From Flavobacteriales bacterium (GTDB lineage Bacteria; Bacteroidota; Bacteroidia; Flavobacteriales_F; PHOS-HE28), in the NCBI GenBank assembly GCA_016787995.1, contig JAEUTB010000205.1, forward strand, positions 1 to 53,263: a stretch of 53,263 bases of DNA, written 5' to 3'. A program made the translations under genes and the position numbers. The notes under the pieces were generated by a model. It did not search any database and had not been told where the DNA came from. It saw only the letters and a list, made by a program, of their open reading frames with translations. Within the stretch, counting starts at the first letter, position 1. Each line of letters starts with the position of its first letter. Of the stretch, positions 40,077 through 50,346 are shown piece after piece.

Positions 40077-41606
40077 ATGCCACCCACCGTCACCATCATC
40101 GAGCATGGCCGCGATGGCCAAGTGCTGTATTCCGAAGGGCTGTTGCACACCCTCACCGGCTATTGGGAGTTCGGCGGTGGCGAGGTGATCACCAGCATCA
40201 GCATGGGCTCACGCGACGAATGGAGGCAGCATCAGCCTTGGGCCCTCGAACGCCGTACGAGCATCCTGCGGTTCGTCGCCGAAGAGGTCATCCGCCAACG
40301 CGCACCCTCCTGCTCGCCAACGATCGACGAAGAACAAGGCGTCATCCTGCTCAAGAAGACAGGGGAGGGGACGAGCGGTACATCGGGGGCGAAAGATGAA
40401 GGCTCTTCGTCCGCTCAAGCCGCAGCATTCGTTCGTCGGTACAAGAAGTACAAGGTCATGTTGATGTTCGGTGTGCTCGCTGTGGCGCTCATAGCTGGCG
40501 CCATCTGGTGGATGGGGAAGAAGGTGCTCTCCGTGGCGCCTGCGAATGGGGTGCCGTTGAACGAAGCCGTGCGTTATGGCGGCCCGGATCCATCGGACCC
40601 GAGCGGCATCGCCTCCTTGGTCCAATACACCGATCCGCACCTGCCCGAGATCACCGGACGAGGAGGCAACACCACCACCAGCATCAGCGTGCTGCTCATT
40701 CCTTCCTCAGGTGGGGAGCCGAAAGTGGTCCCGTTGGTGAAGGAGGTGGCCGGTCAAGGCTACGCCCTCGCGCGCATCATCGGCAGTGATGGACTTACGC
40801 TCTGGTGCGATGCCGTCGGCCTCTTCGGTGTGTGCCTTCACGACCACAGCCTTGTCACGGCGAAAGACCTCCAAGAAGCCAATCCTTCCCTCGATACACA
40901 TTGGTGGAACGACACGCGCAGCATGGACATCATCGACGGTCGCCTGCATATCACCAACGACGATCGTAGTGCTGGACTCGACGTGGATGCCGCCACCTTG
41001 AAGGCCACTGCAGTCGCCTCCAAGGTCAGTCGCACGCGGTTCAACAAGCCCGCGCAAACCGACTACTTGGCGGCGGGTTTCCTCACACGCACAGGTGCGT
41101 GGTTCGGTCTACACAGCGCCGCGGAATTGGAAGGAGAATTCAAGCCTGGCCAATGGGTGCGTGCTGTGGAGAGCGGAGAAGAAGCCAAGGAACAGCGTCG
41201 GCTCTGCACCGGCACCACCGAGCCCTCATCCGATGGTGAATACCACCGGATCCAGTCCATCTCACCGCTCGGCGAGTCCACCTACCTCAACGCCGCCTTG
41301 CTCCGCTTGAGTGCTACTGAAGCACCGCTGCAACTCGCCGATCCTACCAGTGTGTTGATGCTCTACACCTCCGCACCTGGCTTGCAAGGCACGCTGGTCA
41401 TCGCACGGGTCGACCTGAATGGTAAGGTGATCTGGACCGCCGATACGGGCCTTGATCGGTTCCTGCTTCAGCGGATCCTTCCCGATGCCAATGCCTTCGC
41501 GTTCGTCGGCACACGTCCACCAGTGGAAGGCAAGTTGAGTGAGCCCTTGGTGGTGATCGTGGATAATTCGACCGGCAAGATCACAAGCCACTCGTTGTGG
41601 CGGTAA
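40077..41606 (+). CDS. membrane-anchored hypothetical protein (C-terminal part possibly PA2928-like)
   Basis: small N-terminal domain, one TM segment, beta-rich C-terminal domain with YLNAALL..ARVDLNGKVIW; family call tentative. Confidence 0.7.
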   Translation: MPPTVTIIEHGRDGQVLYSEGLLHTLTGYWEFGGGEVITSISMGSRDEWRQHQPWALERRTSILRFVAEEVIRQRAPSCSPTIDEEQGVILLKKTGEGTSGTSGAKDEGSSSAQAAAFVRRYKKYKVMLMFGVLAVALIAGAIWWMGKKVLSVAPANGVPLNEAVRYGGPDPSDPSGIASLVQYTDPHLPEITGRGGNTTTSISVLLIPSSGGEPKVVPLVKEVAGQGYALARIIGSDGLTLWCDAVGLFGVCLHDHSLVTAKDLQEANPSLDTHWWNDTRSMDIIDGRLHITNDDRSAGLDVDAATLKATAVASKVSRTRFNKPAQTDYLAAGFLTRTGAWFGLHSAAELEGEFKPGQWVRAVESGEEAKEQRRLCTGTTEPSSDGEYHRIQSISPLGESTYLNAALLRLSATEAPLQLADPTSVLMLYTSAPGLQGTLVIARVDLNGKVIWTADTGLDRFLLQRILPDANAFAFVGTRPPVEGKLSEPLVVIVDNSTGKITSHSLWR

Positions 41607-41670
41607 GGCCTTGGATCAGCAGTCGCGATACGGGGTTTTTCGGTCGCCTGCATTCATCACCTTTGCGCGG

Positions 41671-42261
41671 ATGTCCCCCGTCACCACGCCCATCACCCTC
41701 ACTGGCCAGCACGTCGCGCTGGAACCTTTGGCGCACGCCCACCACGATGACCTTTGCGATGCCACCCGCGACGGCGAATTGTGGAAGCTTTGGTACACCA
41801 TCATACCCACACCAGAAGGCATGCGCGCCGAGATCGACCGCCGCAATGCACTGCTAGACGCTGGGAGCATGGTGCCCTGGGCCGTGCGCGACCTCCAAAG
41901 CGGCAAGGTGGTGGGCATGACCACCTACATGAACATCGAAGCGCGCAAGCCCCGCGTGGAGATCGGCTCCACCTGGTACGCTCGCTCCGTGCAACGCACC
42001 GCCTTGAACACCGAGTGCAAGTTGCTGCTCCTCACGCACGCCTTCGAAACTCTCGGCTGCATCGCCGTGGAGTTCCGTACCAGCTCCTTCAACTTCCAGA
42101 GTCGTCGCGCCATCGAGCGGCTGGGCGCCAAGGCCGATGGTATCCTGCGCAACCACATGCGCATGCCCGATGGCACGATGCGCGACACCTGTGTCTATTC
42201 GATCCTGCCTGGTGAATGGCCTGCGGTGAAGAAGAACCTGCTGTTCAAGTTGGGGCGTTAA
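41671..42261 (+). CDS. GNAT N-acetyltransferase
   Basis: VEIGSTWY..QRTALNTECKLLLLTHAFE..SRRAIERLGA. Confidence 0.92.
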   Translation: MSPVTTPITLTGQHVALEPLAHAHHDDLCDATRDGELWKLWYTIIPTPEGMRAEIDRRNALLDAGSMVPWAVRDLQSGKVVGMTTYMNIEARKPRVEIGSTWYARSVQRTALNTECKLLLLTHAFETLGCIAVEFRTSSFNFQSRRAIERLGAKADGILRNHMRMPDGTMRDTCVYSILPGEWPAVKKNLLFKLGR

Positions 42262-42320
42262 CGGGGGCGGAAATGACAGGTACACCTACCACACCTTTTC
42301 GGTCGCCGAGCGATGTCCGC

Positions 42321-43481
42321 ATGCGCGGTCCATTGCTGAGCCTTGCGATGCTCGCGGCCGCATTCGCCGTGGCGCAACCTTCGCCGCCACCGATCGGCTT
42401 TGCCGACACGCTGCTCTTCAACGACGGCCTGCGCTACAGCGGTTTCGGATACGAGGGTCCAGCGCCGCTCTTCGTGCAGGCTTGGTTCCCGCTCGGCGGC
42501 ACCATCGCCGAACCCCGTGGCAGGCTCGAGCCGGACCATTTGTGTTTCCGTGAACTGCGCGAGCCTGAGCTGCCTTCCGCCCTACAGCGTGTGTACCAGC
42601 AATTGCTCCTGCGCATGGACAGCGCCTTCATCGAATACGACCTGCGCTACCCCTTCTTGGGTGAGGAGCCTATCGACTACGTTCCCTACACGGAGCAACA
42701 GGTGAAGGACAGCCTTTTCGCCCTGAGCACGCATGCTTACCGTGCCGAATTGCCCTTGGACGCTTCACGCCCGGTGATCCTCTACCACCATGGCTCCCAG
42801 GGCCTCAGCGACGAGAACGTGTGGATGGCAGAGCACTTCGCCGAGAACGGGTTCATCTTCCTCTCCTGCAACTTCCACTGGCCCCTTGAAAACAAATACT
42901 ACGGCTATCCGTTGGTGTGGGCGCCAGATAGCGGCAGCATCCGCACCCTGCTCGACTTTGCCCGTCAGTTGGCCAACGGCAACAAGGTCTTCTACATCGG
43001 CCATAGCTGGGGTGCGCAGGAGGGATGGTGTACGCTGCACGAGCCCGGTCTCGCTGATGCCTTCATCAGCTTGGAGACCACCATGGAGTGGAAGACCGAC
43101 ACGGTCGAGGTTCGCGATAAATGGCCGCATGTGCTCGAGGCCATCACCAAGCACAGCTACCGCATGCCGATCCTGATGGTGGCCGACTCCGATGGAGAAC
43201 CACCGTATCCGTTGTTCAAAGGCATACGTGCCGACATCCGTTACCTCGATCCGAAGGAGCCTTTTGGCCATGAGAGCTACACAAGCGCCTACCTGCTGCG
43301 CCGGGCGGGAGAGGGCCGCTTCAACGTTCCGGACAGCGATGCCTTGGATGCCCAGTTCCATCTGCACGGGAGCATGCTGGATGAACTTTTGGCCTTCCTG
43401 CAAGAGCAGGTCGGCACCCCCGTCACTCCTTTAAAGCACGGGAACGGCGACCCCTTCCATCGATACCCGGTTCGGGACTGA
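42321..43481 (+). CDS. secreted alpha/beta hydrolase (PAF-AH/dienelactone hydrolase-like)
   Basis: signal peptide, PVILYHHGSQG, IGHSWGA nucleophile elbow, GHESY. Confidence 0.8.
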   Translation: MRGPLLSLAMLAAAFAVAQPSPPPIGFADTLLFNDGLRYSGFGYEGPAPLFVQAWFPLGGTIAEPRGRLEPDHLCFRELREPELPSALQRVYQQLLLRMDSAFIEYDLRYPFLGEEPIDYVPYTEQQVKDSLFALSTHAYRAELPLDASRPVILYHHGSQGLSDENVWMAEHFAENGFIFLSCNFHWPLENKYYGYPLVWAPDSGSIRTLLDFARQLANGNKVFYIGHSWGAQEGWCTLHEPGLADAFISLETTMEWKTDTVEVRDKWPHVLEAITKHSYRMPILMVADSDGEPPYPLFKGIRADIRYLDPKEPFGHESYTSAYLLRRAGEGRFNVPDSDALDAQFHLHGSMLDELLAFLQEQVGTPVTPLKHGNGDPFHRYPVRD

Positions 43482-43488
43482 TCCGACC

Positions 43489-43659
43489 CCGACTTACGCT
43501 GATGCCAACTGCAGGGTGGTGCCCGAACAGCGCCGCGCACGCATGACTACTGGACCGCACACGCTCACGTGGATGGTGGATCACTTAGCCTCCGGGCTAT
43601 TCGGCTGCCGCGTGATCACCGGCACGCAACAGGGCGACATGCAGGTGGTCGTGGAGTAA
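43489..43659 (+). pseudogene. orphan T9SS CTD-like remnant
   Basis: ..DANCRVV..MTTGPHTLTWMVDHLASGLFGCRVITG..QVVVE* resembles CTD tails (GxHxxxW..LASGxY). Confidence 0.4.
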
Positions 43660-43789
43660 GGAGTGGTGTACCATCCCCGAAGGATCCGCTCTCTGAGCGT
43701 ACAACAACGGAATGACGGACGGGGTCTAAGCACTGCTTGGTGCGACCGCTCCGATCAATTGCTGCCTTTTTCACCGAATGGTCGCCGCG

Positions 43790-44863
43790 TTACCGTTCCC
43801 ACACCTCCACCAGCCGGTCGATATCCGCCTCGTTGTTGTAGAAGTGGATGCCCACCCGGATGCCCTTGCCGCGGAAGGCCACCTTCACCCGATATTCTTC
43901 CAAGCGCTTCACGTGGGCTTCATCACCCTGCACCAGTAAGATGCCCGCGCGCTGAGCAGGATCACGACCGTGCAACACCGGGATGCCCGCCGCATCGAAA
44001 CGCGCGATGGCATACGTCCATAGTGCGTTGACATGATCAGCGATCCGCTGCGGGCCGATCGCAGCTACACGTTCCAACGCATTCTGCAAGCGCGTGAGCG
44101 CCACCGGGTCGCGGTGACCGGCATTGAGCATCGCGATCGGATCCACACCGTTGCGCTCCTTCAGTTCCGCACGCACTGCTTCGCTCAGGTGCAAGAAACC
44201 ATTGCCGAAACCTGCCAAGGGCCACTTGTAGCCACTGGCGCCGACGATGTCGATCCCTGCGGCCTGCACATCCAACGGCACTACACACCACGACTGCGTG
44301 ATGTCCACCAGCGACCATGCACCGAACGCACGGCAGAGCGCGGCCAAAGCATGCAGGTCGATCCGGAAACCCGTCAACCACTGCACCTCACTGATGGCCA
44401 CCAGCTGCGGCCGCTCGCGTTCCATCGCCTCGCGCACCGTGTCGAGGGAAATGGTCCCATCCGCTTCCGGCGGCACCACTATGCGTTGGAAGCCTGGCAA
44501 GGCGAAGGGGGCGTGCAGGGTGGGGTAGTCGTGACCGATCAACAGCACCTGCGGCCGATGTTTCAACAAAGGCGCCAGCTGCGCCAAGCCCACCGTGAAG
44601 CTCTGTACCAGAGCCGTACCCTGCTCCGTGCCGCTGATGTTCGCCGCCACAGTGCGCGCCACATCCGCGTTGCCACCGAACATCCATTGGAACAAGCGCG
44701 CACTCCCTTCGTGCATCAAGCATTCATGCTCCTCGTTCGCTGCTTGCACGGTGCTCTCCGCCATCAGCCCCATGGACGACGTGTCCAGGTAGCAGTGGTC
44801 GTTCAAAGCGGGGTAAGCGGCGCATATGGTCGCGTGGTCTGGGAGGCTTTGTGGGGATGGCAT
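43790..44863 (-). CDS. class V PLP-dependent aminotransferase / cysteine desulfurase-like enzyme
   Basis: YLDTSSMG, LVDITQS, ASGYKW (PLP lysine), IRVGIHFYN. Confidence 0.88.
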   Translation of the reverse strand: MPSPQSLPDHATICAAYPALNDHCYLDTSSMGLMAESTVQAANEEHECLMHEGSARLFQWMFGGNADVARTVAANISGTEQGTALVQSFTVGLAQLAPLLKHRPQVLLIGHDYPTLHAPFALPGFQRIVVPPEADGTISLDTVREAMERERPQLVAISEVQWLTGFRIDLHALAALCRAFGAWSLVDITQSWCVVPLDVQAAGIDIVGASGYKWPLAGFGNGFLHLSEAVRAELKERNGVDPIAMLNAGHRDPVALTRLQNALERVAAIGPQRIADHVNALWTYAIARFDAAGIPVLHGRDPAQRAGILLVQGDEAHVKRLEEYRVKVAFRGKGIRVGIHFYNNEADIDRLVEVWER

Positions 44864-45248
44864 GGTGCGAAGGTCGTACCAACGATGGGAACGAAGGCGC
44901 CGCATGGTGTTGATGATCCATTGGAGCAAGTCCCTCGCTCAAGAACGTATTCAACGTGGTAGGCATTCGGGCGAAACACCCAGCCACAGCTGCGTCCCTC
45001 TAGGACAAGGAACACCTTCACCGCATGGCTTTCCTCGGCACAGATGATCACATGCTGTAGGGCATACTGCAATGAGGCAGAAAGGCTGGTAAGGGGGAAG
45101 GCCATCGAACGAAGGTCGCACGAAAAGGGTGACCTGTGAATACGGCAACGACCAACGCGGTTGGGGTCGCAAGATGGACGGACCCCACAGGGCGGAACAG
45201 CAGTGCAGGCTCATGGTTGACACCTACGGCACCGCTTTTGGGAGCGTC

Positions 45249-45692
45249 CTACGCGTTCTCCTCTGCCAGCCGTTCCACGATCGCGAGCGCTTTGGGGAAC
45301 TTCTCCTTGAACGATTCCACTTCGCTCTCCACCACATCCACATCCACACGCAAGTCGGTGGTTCCACCATTTTCCAGCAATGTGTATTGCTCCTTCGCGC
45401 CGCTCCACACCCGGGTGGCGTCATCGTAGGGCTCCTCCTTCCCGTTCTTGAATACGCCTTGGTGCGTGATGCTGAGGATCGCCGGTTCGTGTACGCGGTC
45501 CAAACGACCGATCATGCCGTCGCCCTCAGGGGAAAGGAACAGGACCCGACTGCCTTCTTTGAAGTCCGTCTCCATCCGACCACCTTCGCCGAAGGGGGCT
45601 GTCCATTTCGGATAGGTTTCGGGGTTCCAAAGCACTTCCCAGACGCGTTCCCGGGAGGCGTTGATGTGTTGAGTGAAGTGTAGCTTGTTCAT
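45249..45692 (-). CDS. SRPBCC/AHSA1-like domain protein
   Basis: INASRERVWEVLW..YPKWTAPF..EQYTL. Confidence 0.88.
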   Translation of the reverse strand: MNKLHFTQHINASRERVWEVLWNPETYPKWTAPFGEGGRMETDFKEGSRVLFLSPEGDGMIGRLDRVHEPAILSITHQGVFKNGKEEPYDDATRVWSGAKEQYTLLENGGTTDLRVDVDVVESEVESFKEKFPKALAIVERLAEENA

Positions 45693-46043
45693 GGGAATGC
45701 CGCACACAAACCCCGGGCCACGCAGCCGATCACGATGCGCTACATGCCAGGAAGTCGACCGGTGAGGAATTCTTGCATCGGATGATGCGGAATTTGGGCG
45801 GCGACTTCACCCGATCTGTCTACCACCTACCGATCACCGGTGGCTATGCGCTCGACCGAACGGTTCAGCTACGCACTCACCAATGCAGCGCTCTGGTTCC
45901 ATAGCCGGATCTCGGCGGAGGGGAGCGTTGGTCGTGCCACCCGCCATATATATATGGTAGTATACGGAAGACTGGACTCGAAAGTTCCCGCATTCCGGTT
46001 CTGCGTTGCTGTGAGCGCACCCATGGGGTGCTCGACAAACTGC

Positions 46044-46463
46044 GTAAGGTGCCTTCCCCGCCACAGAGGCTGTATTCCTGACGGTGCAAGCTGCATACTT
46101 GGCGGTGCAAGTTGCATTCCTCGCCAAGCAAGGTGCCTTCCTCGCCACGCAAGCTGCATTCCTTATCGTGCAAGCTGCATTCCTTGCCATGCAAGTTGCA
46201 TTCCTTGCCGTGCAAGTTGCATTCCTTGCCATGCAACTTCTATTCCTTGCCGTGCAACTTGCATTTCTTGCCATGCAACTTGCATTCCTTGCCGCGCAAG
46301 CTGCATTCCTTGCCGTGCAAAGTGTATTCCTGACGCTGCAAGATGCCTTCCTTGCCGTGTAAGGTTTATTCCTGACGTTGCAAGCTGCCTTCCTTGGCGC
46401 GCAAGGTGTATTCCTCGACGTGCCAGTTGCCTACCTCACGGTGCAAGTTGCCTTCCTGGCCGT
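46044..46463. repeat. tandem array of 20 x 21-bp units (consensus GCAAGYTGCATTCCTTGCCRT)
   Basis: units start every 21 bp from 46044 to 46443 with no indels; central units homogeneous, edge units degenerate. Confidence 0.95.
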
Positions 46464-46730
46464 TCAAAGTGCCCAGCTTCTGAACTCACTGATGAACAAT
46501 CTCGAACTGAGAAGAGGCTGCTAACCCCTCAACGAGAACGCTCGGTGAAGACGGTCACCAGAGCGCTACGCATCAGCCGCGCTGGTCATGCGGAACATAC
46601 GCCGCAAATGTGGGGCGGACAGGGCAGGGCTTCCACACCGAACAGGGCTGCCGACTGATCCCAAGCCCGCAACAGCTTGGCATCAAGCGCGATCGATGAA
46701 CTGTGGCCCGCGATCCGTACTGCAGTGACC

Positions 46731-47282
46731 ATGAAAGATCAACTCAACGGCAAGCGTGTAGCCATCCTGGCCACCAACGGTTTTGAAGAAAGCGAACTGA
46801 AGAGCCCCAAAGAGGCCTTGGAGAAGGCCGGTGCCACCGTCCACGTGGTGTCGCCCGAGAAAGGCGCCATCAAAGGGTGGAAGGATGGTGATTGGTCGGA
46901 GAAGGTGGATGTGGACCGCAGCCTCTCCGAAGCGAAAGCCTCGGACTATGATGCACTCGTGCTCCCCGGCGGCGTGATCAACCCGGACACACTGCGGCAG
47001 GATCAGAAGGCGGTGGCCTTCGTGCGCGACTTTTTCACTGCCAAGAAACCGGTGGGGGCCATCTGCCACGGACCGTGGACCCTGGTGGAAGCCGATGTGC
47101 TGCAAGGTCGCAAGGTCACGAGCTACGACAGCATCAAGACCGACCTGCGCAACGCCGGTGCCCAATGGGTGGATGAAGAAGTGGTGGTGGACGATGGCCT
47201 GGTGACCAGCCGCACTCCGAAAGACCTGCCCGCCTTCAACCAGAAGCTGGTGGAAGAGATCGCGGAAGGGGTGCACGCCTGA
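46731..47282 (+). CDS. pfpI: DJ-1/PfpI-family protein (type 1 glutamine amidotransferase-like)
   Basis: GFEESEL, LVLPGG, AICHGPW, TSRTPKDLPAF. Confidence 0.92.
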   Translation: MKDQLNGKRVAILATNGFEESELKSPKEALEKAGATVHVVSPEKGAIKGWKDGDWSEKVDVDRSLSEAKASDYDALVLPGGVINPDTLRQDQKAVAFVRDFFTAKKPVGAICHGPWTLVEADVLQGRKVTSYDSIKTDLRNAGAQWVDEEVVVDDGLVTSRTPKDLPAFNQKLVEEIAEGVHA

Positions 47283-47300
47283 CACATCGGACACAGCGAC

Positions 47301-47891
47301 ATGAAGAAATTGAAGATCGCCATCATCCTGGGCAGTACCCGCCCAAATCGCAACGGCGAAGCGGTGGCCAAATGGGTACTGGAGAAGGCCGAGCAACGCA
47401 CCGACGCCGAATTCGATCTCATCGACCTGCGCGAGGTGGACCTGCCCTTCCTCAACGAGGGCATACCGCCTTCTCAAGGCCAGTACGAACACGAGCATAC
47501 GCGCCGATGGTCACGTACCATCGCAGCTTACGACGGTTACGTGCTGGTGAGTCCGGAATACAACCACGGTACCTCCGCCGTGTTGAAGAACGCGCTGGAC
47601 ACGGTGTACAAGGAGTGGAACAACAAAGCGGCGGGCATCGTCGCCTACGGCAGCGTGAAAGGTGCGCGGGCCGTGGAACAGCTGCGCCTCACCCTGGCCG
47701 AACTGCAAGTGGCCACCGTGCGCGCCCAAGTGGGTTTTGCGCTGGACCGCGACTTCAAGGACATGAAGACCTTCCAGCCGCAGCCCGGCCATGAGAAGGA
47801 ACTCGACGTGATGCTCGACCAACTCCAGGCCTGGGGCAATGCCCTGCGCGGGGTGCGGGAAAGCATGAAGGAGAAGGACGATGCCGGTTAG
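47301..47891 (+). CDS. NADPH-dependent FMN reductase
   Basis: ILGSTRPNR, SPEYNHG..LKNALD, GARAVEQLR. Confidence 0.92.
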   Translation: MKKLKIAIILGSTRPNRNGEAVAKWVLEKAEQRTDAEFDLIDLREVDLPFLNEGIPPSQGQYEHEHTRRWSRTIAAYDGYVLVSPEYNHGTSAVLKNALDTVYKEWNNKAAGIVAYGSVKGARAVEQLRLTLAELQVATVRAQVGFALDRDFKDMKTFQPQPGHEKELDVMLDQLQAWGNALRGVRESMKEKDDAG

Positions 47892-48139
47892 CTCCATCTG
47901 CCATCGTCCCTGCGATCAACCCTGACAGTGGACCTTTCGTGCGGGGGTATGATGGGAGCGTCATGTACCGCTCGAGGCGCGGGATTTGACGAACGCGGAG
48001 AACGACTTTGTCGGAAGGTCACCATCGTCAGGCAAAGCATGGTGACACCCTCCTGGTCACCTATAGGCGCTGTTCGCGGGGTACGGGGCGTTGGCTATTT
48101 TCGGCGGGGTCAGATCACCACCCTCCTCGGATCCTGCCG

Positions 48140-49144
48140 ATGCATCCCACCACCACCCAGCAGATCATCGGCACCCTCAGTGCCGGTCTCGCCAGCATCC
48201 TCTTCTTCATCCGGCTGCTGCCATTCCTGGCTGAGTGGATCACGAAGGAGACGCACAGCGACCGATGGGCGGCACCCGCCGTGAACATCCTGGCCTCCAT
48301 CTGGGGGCTCATGATGATCGCGCTGCTCTGCATGACGGCCAGCGGTGGTTTCGACTGGATACGACTTGGACGCGGCAAGCTCTACCTGCTCACCGTGGCA
48401 GCGGCGTTCGCGCTGGCGGTCGCCTCCTACGTGTTCATCGCCTTTTACCTGCGGCCCGGCTTCACGCCGCGCGGCCTCTACAGCCCGTTCCACTACCTCA
48501 TCCTGTTCTCCACCGTGCTACTGGTGGTGGTCAGCTTGAACCAGAAGCTCGTGCCGGGGATCACCGTGAAGTGGTTGCTTCGGCCATGGACGTGGTTCAC
48601 CGCGTTGAGCCTCTTGGGCAGCCTGATCTTCGCAGGCCAATGGATCGCCAACAACGGCGTTCGCGGCTTTTCCGGTGTCGCCATGCGGATCGTCCGGATG
48701 CTACCCGCTTCCGAAGAGGAGCTCGCGCGGATCGCACAGCTCGATCCGAAGAACGACTTTAGCAAGCTGCTTGGGTATGCGAACGTTGATGAGAAACCGG
48801 CCGTGTGCGATGCTGCCACGGCGCGCCTGCGTTCGGATCCGGAGTTCGTGGAGCGCATGGCCCTCATGCTGGATTCCGGCTATGCGGACCCTGCGCTGGC
48901 CTTTGTGCGCGACGCGGAGCTGACCCCCGATGAACAAGCACGCTTCGCCCGGCCCACGCTGAACGCCCTGGGACGTTGGGTCAACAGTGCATCCCCGCCC
49001 AACTACACCACGTCGGAGAACCTGAAGCGTACGCGGCGCTTCGGCGATGAACTGTTCCGTGTGCTCCCCGGGAAGTTCGCGGGCACCGGCGTCGACTTCT
49101 CCGAGCTGGAGGGGTGGTATAAAGAGAAGATGGAAGTAGAATAG
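48140..49144 (+). CDS. hypothetical membrane protein
   Basis: about five N-terminal TM segments plus a helical C-terminal domain; ATG 48140. Confidence 0.72.
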   Translation: MHPTTTQQIIGTLSAGLASILFFIRLLPFLAEWITKETHSDRWAAPAVNILASIWGLMMIALLCMTASGGFDWIRLGRGKLYLLTVAAAFALAVASYVFIAFYLRPGFTPRGLYSPFHYLILFSTVLLVVVSLNQKLVPGITVKWLLRPWTWFTALSLLGSLIFAGQWIANNGVRGFSGVAMRIVRMLPASEEELARIAQLDPKNDFSKLLGYANVDEKPAVCDAATARLRSDPEFVERMALMLDSGYADPALAFVRDAELTPDEQARFARPTLNALGRWVNSASPPNYTTSENLKRTRRFGDELFRVLPGKFAGTGVDFSELEGWYKEKMEVE

Positions 49145-49163
49145 CGGACCCTCGAACGCACCG

Positions 49164-50321
49164 ATGACGATCCCCGATCCCTTCCGCCAGCAGCTCGCGG
49201 AATTCCCCGCACCCTTGCGCGCGCTTGTTGAAGCCGAGCTCGAAGCGGGCAACACCATCGTGGCCATCGAGAACGGCTTTCCCGCTGCACCCTGCGGTGC
49301 CTCGGTGAAACTGGCCAAGGCTGTCAGCGATGTACGTCGGCGATCAACCGCGGAGGTGAGCTTCTGCGCGCGCAACAACCCGTCGTACGCGGGCGAGTTC
49401 ACCACTGAGCAGCGCCACTTCTTCGTGTTGGAACCGCCGTTGCCACCGGAACCACCGCCGGACATGGACGCCATCCGCAAAGCGCTAGAACCGAAGCCGG
49501 ATGCCTTGTCCCAGCTCGCGCAGCGCGAAGCCCGTTCAGGTCCGGAGGTCCTGCGCTCGATGATGCAAGAACGCGTTATCGCAGAACCCGCTAAGCCCGC
49601 CCCCGTTCCGCAAGGCGCGCTGACCTCCACAGAAACCGCCACCAGCGTCATTCGCCTGCTGCACTTCCGCGACCCACGCCCGCCGCACGAGGTGCAGTTC
49701 GCTGTGGAGCGCGACCTGATGACCCTGTTCGCCGCTTCCATGCAGAACGATAGGCTTGTCCTCACGGCCAGTGCCAAGGTGGTCGGTGCCCAGTACCACT
49801 TCGAACTGCGCTTCGAAGCGGCGCTGCCGCACACCCACTGTTATTCCCTCCGCGTCGCGACCTCTTGGGCCGATGCGGCGGCCACGCATCACGACTATTA
49901 CAGCCATACCGCGGACAGTTGGTTCAGCCACTGGACACGCGGGTTCATGCCCGCCGATCCGCCCGCCGCGGAGGCCAGTGCGCCCGAACGGTACCAAGCC
50001 ATCTGCGCCGCCGCGTTGAATGCAGAGGCACACCTCGACTCCGTGCCAGCCTTGCAACAGACCATTGTGGCCGCCATTAAGCAGGGCGCACGCTTCACCA
50101 CCTCGCACAAGGAAGGCGGCACCAACATCACCTGGAACGGCGCACACTTCGTACGCTCCGACTACGGCGACTACCCGGATCACATCACTTACGCGAGCGA
50201 GGCGCACTTCCTGGATGCGCTGCGAAAGTTCTACGATTGGGAGACGTCGCGGAACATGTATCCAGAAAAGGTGTCGGAGCTGGTGGCGTGGAGGCTGATG
50301 CTAAGGTTGATGCGGAGGTAG
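49164..50321 (+). CDS. hypothetical protein whose 3' end is triplicated downstream
   Basis: 385-aa ORF with host-like codon use; C-terminus LRKFYDWETSRNMYPEKVSELVAWRLMLRLMRR. Confidence 0.8.
   Translation: MTIPDPFRQQLAEFPAPLRALVEAELEAGNTIVAIENGFPAAPCGASVKLAKAVSDVRRRSTAEVSFCARNNPSYAGEFTTEQRHFFVLEPPLPPEPPPDMDAIRKALEPKPDALSQLAQREARSGPEVLRSMMQERVIAEPAKPAPVPQGALTSTETATSVIRLLHFRDPRPPHEVQFAVERDLMTLFAASMQNDRLVLTASAKVVGAQYHFELRFEAALPHTHCYSLRVATSWADAAATHHDYYSHTADSWFSHWTRGFMPADPPAAEASAPERYQAICAAALNAEAHLDSVPALQQTIVAAIKQGARFTTSHKEGGTNITWNGAHFVRSDYGDYPDHITYASEAHFLDALRKFYDWETSRNMYPEKVSELVAWRLMLRLMRR
50231..50321 (+). repeat. direct repeat copy 1 (current 3' end of the gene)
   Basis: aligns without gaps to 51865-51955 and 53115-53205. 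Confidence 0.9.
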
Positions 50322-50346
50322 TGGAGTAGGAGAACGGAACGGTCGC

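Noticed and set aside
44803-45223. Short ORFs between the aminotransferase and SRPBCC genes
   Set aside because: No recognisable motif, and they overlap the neighbouring promoter or start; cannot be supported
46044-46463. CRISPR array
   Set aside because: Units are contiguous 21-mers with no unique spacers, and no cas genes are in the window
45840-46658. 272-aa Cys-rich ORF (ASCIPCR repeats) as a real protein
   Set aside because: It is open mainly because of the repeat; the flanks look non-coding and unit variation is not synonymous in this frame. Not excluded, but unsupported
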